A program made the position numbers and the translations under genes. The notes below the pieces were generated by a model, which saw only the letters and a program-made list of their open reading frames with translations, ran no database searches and was not told the origin of the DNA. A stretch of 64,000 bases of DNA from Acidimicrobiia bacterium (GTDB taxonomy: Bacteria; Actinomycetota; Acidimicrobiia; Spongiisociales; ZC4RG35), in NCBI GenBank assembly GCA_048595045.1, contig JBMDXS010000214.1, positions 9,831 through 73,830 of the forward strand, in the 5' to 3' direction. Below are positions 37,353 to 44,958 of this stretch, piece after piece. How positions within the stretch are numbered: position 1 is the first letter of the stretch; each line of letters begins with the position of its first letter.

Positions 37353-37787
37353 TCAGCCCCTCACCACCAGCCAGGTGCCCCCGATCACGAGCGCGATGCC
37401 GAGCACCCGGATCGCATCGAGACTTCTACCACCACCGAACCAGCCGAAATGCTCGATGAGCGCGCCCAGGACGAGAGTCGCCCCAGTGAAGAGGGTCAGG
37501 CCTGCGCCCAGCCCGAGATTGGCAACTGTCACCCCGAGTGACGCCACCACCACCAGCCCCATTAGCCCTGCCCCAAACACCCACCATGGAAGCTCCCTGA
37601 TCTCGGCGAGACGGCTTCCCTGGAAGATCAACATGAGCACAGTCACGGCCAGCCCTCCGCCGGCATAGGTGACGAAGGTAGAGGCCAGGGTTCCCACCCT
37701 CGCCTCCATCACTCCGAGCCACTGGGATTGGAGCGCCCCGGCCAGCCCACCGAGCACCGCGATCACCACAACGACCAACAGGTTCAT
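37353..37787 (-). CDS. DMT-superfamily small membrane protein (YdcZ/DUF606-like)
   Basis: 144 aa with four to five TM helices. The N-terminus reads VIAVLGGLAGALQS. Confidence 0.65.
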   Translation of the reverse strand: MNLLVVVVIAVLGGLAGALQSQWLGVMEARVGTLASTFVTYAGGGLAVTVLMLIFQGSRLAEIRELPWWVFGAGLMGLVVVASLGVTVANLGLGAGLTLFTGATLVLGALIEHFGWFGGGRSLDAIRVLGIALVIGGTWLVVRG

Positions 37788-37807
37788 CTGATCGTTCAGG
37801 ATGGTCG

Positions 37808-39049
37808 GTGTGGGGCCGGATCTGGGGGATCACACCCTCTATCTACCATCCACCCATCCTCGAGCCCACCCGCCATGAGCGTCCTCTACGCCCTGCCGTG
37901 GCGACCCTCCTGCTTCTCAAGCTGGTCGCCAACACGGCGTTTCGCCTCGTCTACCCCTTTCTCCCGGCGATCGCCCGCGGCCTGGGCATCGACCTGACTC
38001 AGGCCGGGGCGCTGGTCTCGGTGCGGTGGGCCAGCTCCCTGGCGACTCCTGCGGTCATGTCCATCGCCGGCAGGGTCCCGGGTAGCAGGCGCATGCTGAT
38101 CGCCGGGCTGGTCGTCTTCTCGGCCGGCTCCATCGTGACCGCATGGACGGGCGTGTTCGTTGGGGCCGTGGTCGGTTTCGCGTTGCTCGGCCTGGCCAAG
38201 CCGATGATCGATGTCAGCGCCCAGGTCTACGTCTCAGAGCGGGTCGGCTACGAGCAGCGCGCCCGGTACCTGGGGATCCTCGAGATCGCATGGGCAGGCG
38301 GTCTGCTGATGGGCGCCCCGGCGGCAGGTTGGTTGATCGAGAACTGGAGCTGGAAAGCCCCGTTCTGGGCAGTCGGCTCGCTGGGTTTGCTCGGGGTGGG
38401 CATGGCGATTCTGTTCCTCGACCGAGAAGACGGCAGGAAAAACGACACGGGCGCGGCTGACAGCCCGGGCCGGCAGGTGATCCTGGTGCTGGCCACCATC
38501 GTGCTGTTCAGCTATGCCCACGAATCGGTTCTCGTGACACTCGGTGGATGGCTCGAGACGAGCTTCGGCATGACCCTGCTCGCCCTGGGTGGCGTGGGGA
38601 CGTTGATCGGTGTCGCCGAGCTGACCGGGGAGGTCACGATGGCTGGGTTCACCGACCGTATCGGCAAGCGAAACTCCCTCGCGCTCGGCATCGGAGTCGG
38701 GGGAGTCTCGCTGCTCGTGCTGTCGCTGGTTTCCGACCAGCTGCCACCCGCCATGGCAATCGTCTTCGTGGCCAGCGTGGCCATCGAGTTCGGCATCATC
38801 TCCGCCATTCCGCTGACCACCGAGCTCCGCCCTCGAGCCCGAGCGCAGACCCTCTCACTGTTGATCGTGGCTAGCGGCCTGGGCCGAGCTGTGGGCGACC
38901 TGGTCGCACCACGGGTGTTCATAGCCGGAGGGATGAGGCAGGTCGCCAGGATGGCCGGGCTGGTCGCTCTGAGCTCCCTCGTCGTCGTCCTCCTCTGGGT
39001 GCGCGAGGTCCAGGCTCCCGCTCAGGAGGACGAGGCCGCCGTTTCGTAG
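37808..39049 (+). CDS. MFS transporter
   Basis: About 12 TM helices, with FRLVYPFLPAIARGLG near the N-terminus. The true start may be GTG 37898, because 37808-37860 looks like degenerate repeat/intergenic sequence. Confidence 0.75.
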   Translation: MWGRIWGITPSIYHPPILEPTRHERPLRPAVATLLLLKLVANTAFRLVYPFLPAIARGLGIDLTQAGALVSVRWASSLATPAVMSIAGRVPGSRRMLIAGLVVFSAGSIVTAWTGVFVGAVVGFALLGLAKPMIDVSAQVYVSERVGYEQRARYLGILEIAWAGGLLMGAPAAGWLIENWSWKAPFWAVGSLGLLGVGMAILFLDREDGRKNDTGAADSPGRQVILVLATIVLFSYAHESVLVTLGGWLETSFGMTLLALGGVGTLIGVAELTGEVTMAGFTDRIGKRNSLALGIGVGGVSLLVLSLVSDQLPPAMAIVFVASVAIEFGIISAIPLTTELRPRARAQTLSLLIVASGLGRAVGDLVAPRVFIAGGMRQVARMAGLVALSSLVVVLLWVREVQAPAQEDEAAVS

Positions 39050-40164
39050 AGATCCACTGTCGACCTCAGGTAACGCATGGATTCTTCGTAGCCCTGCGAG
39101 GCATGCTGGACGGTGTAGGCGAGGACACGCATCAGCCACAACCTGAAGGCCAGCGACTCCCAGGAAGGATCGCCGAGCACGAATCGGCCGATCAGAAACC
39201 CATGCACCTCGTACCAGAGGCCCGCATCCATCTGCTCGAACACGCGATCCGGGCCCCCAGACAGGAGGCGACCGGCCACGTCACCGGGGAGATCGGCCAC
39301 CAGTCTCACCTCATCCTCTGGCCAGACCTCCCCCAGGAGCCGCCTCGAGCCCTCGATGTCGTACGCGACGATCCGCTTCAGGTCCTCGGGCGCCTCGGCG
39401 GCCGGGTCGCTCCCGTGTCGGGCTCCAGGGGCGGGCCCGGGCAGACCTTCGAGGGAGCGGGCGGCGTCGAGACACTCGACGAGCATCTCCTTCAGCTCAT
39501 CGAGCGAGCCATAGAGAGCGTGCCTCTTGCCATCGGCGACGTGGTGCTCGTAGAGGCCGATATCCATGACCGAGGTGGCATAGGTGAGCATCGTGTCGAT
39601 GCCCCAATCCGATCGCTGCCGGACCATCTCGGAGCCGGCGAGGGACTCGACGGCCACCCTGGTGAGAAGGACCTCCCCACCCAGAGGCTGGTCGAGCAGG
39701 GGGAGGAAGCTCCCGGGGAAGAGACGGGCCAACGCGGGCCTCGTGATCATCCAGGTGATCATGGCGTCTGTCGCAGCACGGGGGAAGCGATGCCGCACCA
39801 CCCCGTATCCCCGGTCGGCGGCGGTCTCGGCGCCATCGATCCAGGAGGCATCGAAATTGGTGATATCGGCGTCGTAGAAGTGGACGCGGTCCCATCCCTC
39901 CTCCGCGGCGCGGGAGATGGCCGTATTCATGGCGTCTCCCTTGCCCGGCCGGAGCTTTCCGATTCGCTCCTGGAGGATGATCCGGACGGTCTTGTCCCGG
40001 GACGCGGCGATGTCATCGGCGAGGGGGCGGACCGGCGCGGCGAACGACTCGTCGGCTGCGAACGCCCAGACCTCGTCGACGGAAGGGTGGGCTGCCGCGA
40101 TATCGAGGTTGGTGGCAACCAGGCCGGGATCCTCGGCCTTGAACGGGAACACGACCAGGCTCAC
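39022..40164 (-). CDS. mannosylglycerate synthase-like glycosyltransferase (GT78-type; sugar specificity unverified)
   Basis: 380 aa. MSLVVFPFK...AAAHP.V.EV, LQERIGKLRPGKGDAMNTA, HFYDADIT.F, VRH.FPRA.TDAMITWMITR, QPLGGE.L and RSDWGIDT match my recollection of the Rhodothermus marinus MGS sequence. Confidence 0.6.
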   Translation of the reverse strand: MSLVVFPFKAEDPGLVATNLDIAAAHPSVDEVWAFAADESFAAPVRPLADDIAASRDKTVRIILQERIGKLRPGKGDAMNTAISRAAEEGWDRVHFYDADITNFDASWIDGAETAADRGYGVVRHRFPRAATDAMITWMITRPALARLFPGSFLPLLDQPLGGEVLLTRVAVESLAGSEMVRQRSDWGIDTMLTYATSVMDIGLYEHHVADGKRHALYGSLDELKEMLVECLDAARSLEGLPGPAPGARHGSDPAAEAPEDLKRIVAYDIEGSRRLLGEVWPEDEVRLVADLPGDVAGRLLSGGPDRVFEQMDAGLWYEVHGFLIGRFVLGDPSWESLAFRLWLMRVLAYTVQHASQGYEESMRYLRSTVDLYETAASSS

Positions 40165-40324
40165 CTGACGAGACTAGGTGTGTGGGGTTCGCCCCGGTCG
40201 TGTGGCCTGCCGACCCTCCCGGTCCGGTCCGAACCCGAAGTGGCTTTCGCCCCTACCGGTTCCAGATCGAACGCCCGAACCTTGAAATCGGGCCTTGGGT
40301 GCGTTGATCGGCGAGGAGGGACAA

Positions 40325-41971
40325 ATGTCACGTCACGTCAGGACTCGATCGGCAATCATCGGCTTGCTCGCCGTTTGCCTCTTCCTGGTCGGCTTGCCCG
40401 CCACCGCCACGGTCTCGGGTCAAAACGGCAAGATCGCCTTCGTCAGCGATCGGGACGGCAATCCCGAGATCTACGTCATGGAGGCCGATGGCTCGAATCA
40501 GGTCAACCTGACCAATCATCCCAGCTCCGACCGAAGCCCGACCTGGTCTCCCGACGGCCGCCAGATTGCATTTGTATCCGACCGAGACGGCGAACGCGCC
40601 ATATACGTCATGGACAACGACGGCTCGAATCTCAGGTTCCTGGTCAGAGGCGAGTATCCAGCCTGGTCACCCGACGGCAGGATGATCGCCTTCGCCAGAA
40701 GCATCGCACCCAACAAGAATGCGTTGTTCTTGTTGCAACTCGATGATGATCACCAGACACAGATCACCGATCCCCTCAGGGATCCTCTGCCCACGGGTCT
40801 GATAGGCAGATTCGACAGATCGCCGATCTGGTCTCCAGACGGGACGCAAATCGCCTTCTTGCGTAGTCACGTCACCGCTGGTTCGCCCATGACTCACTAT
40901 GACTATCTGTACGTCACCGCGGCGACGCCAGCAGGCGACCCGGTGCGCCTCCCCACGAGCACCACTGTCAGACGCTACGCCGACCCCGACTGGTCGCCCG
41001 ACGGTGCCAAGATCGTCGTAGGTGAGATCGGGCATCTCAATCTCACGTTTCAAACCGTGGCTGTCAACGTCGACGGTTCAGGATTCGCCCCCCTCCCTGC
41101 CCTTGCCGGATCACACCCTGATGTCTCGTGGTCGCCGGACGGCTTGAGATTGACGTCCGGCTCGGACGAGATCTTTGTGATGCGGGTCGATGGCTCCAAC
41201 GCGGACAATCTGACCAACAATCCTGCTGCTGACTATCAGCCGGTCTGGCAACCGCTGAACCCCTATCCGGCAGGTCTGGTCGACCCTGCTACCGGTATGT
41301 GGCATCTCCGGTACGAGAACGGGCACGTCGACAGCTTCTTCTTCGGTGATCCCGGCGACTTTCCGTTCCTCGGCGATTGGGACTGCGACGGGATCGAGAC
41401 CCCTGGTCTGTATCGCCAGTCCGACGGTTTCGTCTACTTGAGGAACTCCAACACCCAGGGCATCGCCGACATCCGGTTCTTCTTCGGCAACCCGGGCGAC
41501 ATCCCGATCGCCGGTGACTTCGACGGCGACGGGTGCGACACCGTCTCCATCTATCGACCGGCCGAGGGGCGGATCTACGTCGTCAACCAGTTGGGTAGCG
41601 GAGACAGCGGACTCGGAGCGGCCGATTACAGCTACCTGTTCGGGGACCTGGGCGACAAGCCGTTCGTCGGCGACTTCGACGGAGACGGCACCGACACCGT
41701 CGGGCTCCATCGCGAGTCCACCGGCATGGTGTATTACCGGGACAGCAACACCCAGGGCGTCGCCGACAACACCTTCGTCTTCGGCGACCCGGCCGACCGC
41801 CTGGTGGCATACGACTGGAACGGTGACGGGAGAGAATCTCCGGCGGTGTTCCGCCCCGAGAACCACACCGTCTACTTCCGCTTCGAGAACAGCACCGGTG
41901 TCGCCGACGCCCGCTACATCTGGGGAGCCCCCGGCTGGTTGCCGGTGGCCGGTGATTTCGGCCCGGACTGA
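40325..41971 (+). CDS. secreted protein: TolB-like PD40/WD40 beta-propeller repeats + five FG-GAP-like Ca-binding repeats
   Basis: It has a signal peptide MSRHVRTRSAIIGLLAVCLFLVGLPATA with GAGGAGG upstream. PD40 repeats read SDRDGN.EIYVM..DGSN...LT....D..P.WSPDG. The C-terminal repeats read F.FG..GD.P..GD.DGDG.DT...YR. Confidence 0.75.
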   Translation: MSRHVRTRSAIIGLLAVCLFLVGLPATATVSGQNGKIAFVSDRDGNPEIYVMEADGSNQVNLTNHPSSDRSPTWSPDGRQIAFVSDRDGERAIYVMDNDGSNLRFLVRGEYPAWSPDGRMIAFARSIAPNKNALFLLQLDDDHQTQITDPLRDPLPTGLIGRFDRSPIWSPDGTQIAFLRSHVTAGSPMTHYDYLYVTAATPAGDPVRLPTSTTVRRYADPDWSPDGAKIVVGEIGHLNLTFQTVAVNVDGSGFAPLPALAGSHPDVSWSPDGLRLTSGSDEIFVMRVDGSNADNLTNNPAADYQPVWQPLNPYPAGLVDPATGMWHLRYENGHVDSFFFGDPGDFPFLGDWDCDGIETPGLYRQSDGFVYLRNSNTQGIADIRFFFGNPGDIPIAGDFDGDGCDTVSIYRPAEGRIYVVNQLGSGDSGLGAADYSYLFGDLGDKPFVGDFDGDGTDTVGLHRESTGMVYYRDSNTQGVADNTFVFGDPADRLVAYDWNGDGRESPAVFRPENHTVYFRFENSTGVADARYIWGAPGWLPVAGDFGPD

Positions 41972-42040
41972 CGCCCTCGAAAAAAAGCCCGGGGACCGGT
42001 ATGCCCCAACCTGTCCCACGCCGGATCTACGCTCGCCGCG

Positions 42041-43714
42041 ATGGAGGAGATGGTCGGCCGAGTGCTTGGGACCAGCGATGCCACCCCACTCGAGTTCTGG
42101 GTGGGTGTGGCCGATGGCGAGTACCTGGAACTGGATGATGTGGTGGCCCTGGAGAGGGTGCTGCCCACCGGCGAGCTGGTCAAGATCTTCGGCACCATCA
42201 GCCAGGTCCGCGCCCGTCACGAAGGGGCGCGGTTCGATTCCGATGTCTTCCTCATCGAGGAGGGTGTGCTTCCCGCCGCGGTCCAGGAGGCGGCCCAGGT
42301 CACCGCGACCCGGGTCGAGCCCGAGATCTTCGTCCCCCCCCGCCCCGGCCAGCCGGTGCGCCGGGCCCATGACAAAGAGCGCGACCAGGCCCTGTTCTTC
42401 GATCGGATGGATCGGAGGTTCCCCGTCGGGGCCTCACGTAATGGCGAGCCTCTCTATGCCAACCTGGAGTTCATCAACGGGCAGCGTGGGGCGCATGTGA
42501 ACATCTCCGGGGTATCGGGCGTTGCCACCAAGACCAGCTATGCCACCTTCCTTCTCCACTCGATGTTCACCTCCGGCGTGCTCGGACCGGCCGTCGTCAA
42601 CACCAAGGCACTGATCTTCAACGTCAAAGGCGAGGACCTTCTCCATCTCGATCGACCCAACACCAGCCTCGATGATGACGCCGAGCGTCTCTACCGGGCT
42701 CTCGAGCTACCGGCCCAGCCATTCGGTTCTGTCGGGTTGTTCGCCCCTCCCCGCCCCGGATCGGACCGGGCCGTGGCCGACGTGAGCAGCCGCTCGGACC
42801 TCACCTCCTTCTTCTGGACACTGGCCGAGTTCTGCCACGAGGACCTCATGGTCTTCCTGTTCGCCGACGCCGAGGACGAACGAGCGCAGTACACCATGGT
42901 GGTCTACAACGTGATGGCCCAGCTGCGCCACGCAGAGGGTGGGGACGGAGGCTCGGTCCGCATCGAAGGGGAGGCCGTTCGCACCTTCAGGGAGCTGGCC
43001 GACCTGATCACGAGAAAGGTGCAGGACGAGGACTCGCGCAACGAATGGGCCGGGCCCCATATCGGTGCCGGGACCGTGAATGCCTTCGTGCGTCGTCTCC
43101 AGGTAGCGGTGCGTCACGTCGATCGTCTGATCCGGGGTGACATCGCCAACCCGGAACGGCATCGCATCGAGGTCCAGGGCCATCAGGTGACCGTCGTGGA
43201 CCTGCACAACCTCAATGATCGGGCGAAGAGATTCGTGGTCGGTGTGGCAGTGAGACGTGCGTTCGAAGACAAGGAGCGGGCCGGCCAGTCAGAGGAGTTG
43301 CTCTTCCTGGTCCTTGACGAACTGAACAAGTACGCCCCGAGAGAAGGGACGAGCCCAATCAAGGAGGTGTTGCTCGATGTGGCCGAACGTGGCCGATCCC
43401 TGGGTGTGATCCTGATCGGTGCCCAGCAGACTGCTTCCGAGGTGGAGCGGAGAATCATCGCCAACTCGTCGATCAGGGTGGTCGGGCGTCTCGACTCTGC
43501 CGAGGCCTCGCGTGAGGAGTATGGATTTCTCCCCGCGGCCCAGAGACAGCGGGCCACCATTCTCAAGCCGGGCACCATGCTCCTGGCCCAACCCGAGATC
43601 CCGGTGCCGCTCGTGCTCGAGTTCCCGTTTCCCGCCTGGGCAACCCGTGCCTCGGAGGCGGCGCCGGCGCCGATCGGAGATGATGGTCCGACCGACCCGT
43701 TCCAAGATCTGTAG
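42041..43714 (+). CDS. herA: HerA-like FtsK/HerA-superfamily ATPase (HAS-barrel N-terminus)
   Basis: 557 aa. The N-terminal VGRVLGTSDATPLEFWVGV....LELDDVV resembles the HerA HAS barrel. The P-loop region is HVNISGVSGVATKTSY, Walker B is LLFLVLDELNKY and the Arg-finger-like region is RSLGVILIGAQQ. Confidence 0.7.
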   Translation: MEEMVGRVLGTSDATPLEFWVGVADGEYLELDDVVALERVLPTGELVKIFGTISQVRARHEGARFDSDVFLIEEGVLPAAVQEAAQVTATRVEPEIFVPPRPGQPVRRAHDKERDQALFFDRMDRRFPVGASRNGEPLYANLEFINGQRGAHVNISGVSGVATKTSYATFLLHSMFTSGVLGPAVVNTKALIFNVKGEDLLHLDRPNTSLDDDAERLYRALELPAQPFGSVGLFAPPRPGSDRAVADVSSRSDLTSFFWTLAEFCHEDLMVFLFADAEDERAQYTMVVYNVMAQLRHAEGGDGGSVRIEGEAVRTFRELADLITRKVQDEDSRNEWAGPHIGAGTVNAFVRRLQVAVRHVDRLIRGDIANPERHRIEVQGHQVTVVDLHNLNDRAKRFVVGVAVRRAFEDKERAGQSEELLFLVLDELNKYAPREGTSPIKEVLLDVAERGRSLGVILIGAQQTASEVERRIIANSSIRVVGRLDSAEASREEYGFLPAAQRQRATILKPGTMLLAQPEIPVPLVLEFPFPAWATRASEAAPAPIGDDGPTDPFQDL

Positions 43715-43715
43715 C

Positions 43716-43747
43716 GCCCGGGGGTAGGGGTCGCCCCCCAGGTTCGA
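43716..43747 (+). repeat. Palindromic intergenic repeat, copy 2 (diverged, 1-2 nt shorter)
   Basis: CCCGGGGGTAGGGGTCGCCCCCCAGGTTCGAC lies between the herA-like gene and sbcD. Confidence 0.75.
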
Positions 43748-43827
43748 CCGCGGGCGCGAGATCGCATCTCCCCGAATCTGTCGGTGCTCGGTCCTACGAT
43801 CGCCCTCATGACCCGCTCGGTCCCTCC

Positions 43828-44958
43828 ATGAAGATGCTCCACACCTCCGATTGGCACGTGGGGAGGAAGATCCGCGGACGTTCCCGAGCCGACGAGCATC
43901 GGGCCGTCCTCGGCGAGATCGTCGGGATAGCCGAGGAGGAGCGGGTCGATGTCACGCTCGTCGCCGGGGACCTCTTCGATGTCTCGTCGCCAACACCGGA
44001 GGACGAGGCCATCGTCTATCGGGCCTTGCTCGACTTGGCCGAGGTGGGCCCGGTCGTGGTGGTGGGGGGGAATCACGACAACGCGGCGCGTCTGGAGGCG
44101 GTCAAGCCGCTGCTCGACCTGGGGCGGATCACCGTCGTCGCCAGGCCGACCAGGCCGGGCGATGGGGGCCTGATCGTCTTCGATGGGCTCGATCTCTCCA
44201 TCGCCGCCCTGCCATTCATCTCCCAACGGGGGATCGTGAAGGTGGCCGAGATCATGGACCTCGATCCCGATCAACATGCCCAGGGCTATGACGAGCGGCT
44301 GCGCAGGATCATTGTCGGGCTCACCGAGGGCATGCGCCCCGACCAGGTCAACGTGGTGGCCGGTCATCTCACCGTGTACGGAGCCGAGACCGGTGGTGGG
44401 GAGCGGGATGCCCACATATTCGGCTACGCCATCCCCCCACAGGCGTTCCCCGGCAGCCTTTCCTACGTCGCACTGGGTCATCTCCACCGCCAGCAACGAG
44501 TTCCCGCGGCTGCACCTGTCTGGTACAGCGGCTCTCCGATGCAGCTCGACTTCGGCGAAGTGAGTGACGTCAAAGGCGTCATCGTGGTAGATGCCGAGCC
44601 CTCTTTGCCTGCCTCGGTTCGGCCCCGCCCTCTGGCCGGCGGGACCAGGCTTGTCCAGCTGAGGGGCACCCTGGAACACGTCCTGGCCCAGGCTGCTGAG
44701 GTCCAAGACGCCTACGTGAAGGTCCTTCTCGACGAGAAAGCGCGGGCCGGGTTGAACGAGGAGGTCCGGGAGGCGATACCTGGGGCCGTGGATGTCATCA
44801 TCATCCGCCCCGAGGAGCGGGCGAAACGTACCGAGACGAGACGATCGGGACGATCTTCGGTCGAGCTGTTCGAGAGCTATCTCGCCACGCGTGGAGTCGA
44901 CGATCCCGAGGTGGTCGGGTTGTTCCGCGAGCTCGAGCAGGAAGTGCTATCCGGATGA
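43828..44958 (+). CDS. sbcD: exonuclease SbcD / Mre11-family nuclease
   Basis: It has MKMLHTSDWHVG, AGDLFD, GNHD and ALGHLH phosphoesterase motifs. Confidence 0.9.
   Translation: MKMLHTSDWHVGRKIRGRSRADEHRAVLGEIVGIAEEERVDVTLVAGDLFDVSSPTPEDEAIVYRALLDLAEVGPVVVVGGNHDNAARLEAVKPLLDLGRITVVARPTRPGDGGLIVFDGLDLSIAALPFISQRGIVKVAEIMDLDPDQHAQGYDERLRRIIVGLTEGMRPDQVNVVAGHLTVYGAETGGGERDAHIFGYAIPPQAFPGSLSYVALGHLHRQQRVPAAAPVWYSGSPMQLDFGEVSDVKGVIVVDAEPSLPASVRPRPLAGGTRLVQLRGTLEHVLAQAAEVQDAYVKVLLDEKARAGLNEEVREAIPGAVDVIIIRPEERAKRTETRRSGRSSVELFESYLATRGVDDPEVVGLFRELEQEVLSG

Noticed and set aside
37808-37860. Possible degenerate reverse-orientation copy of the palindromic repeat (CCGGATCTGGGGGATCACACCCTCTAT; translated RIWGITPS versus repeat frame RIWGATPR)
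   Set aside because: Only about 9 contiguous matching bases (ATCTGGGGG) plus scattered identities are present, and the hairpin is not preserved. It is kept only as an argument that the MFS gene may start at GTG 37898.
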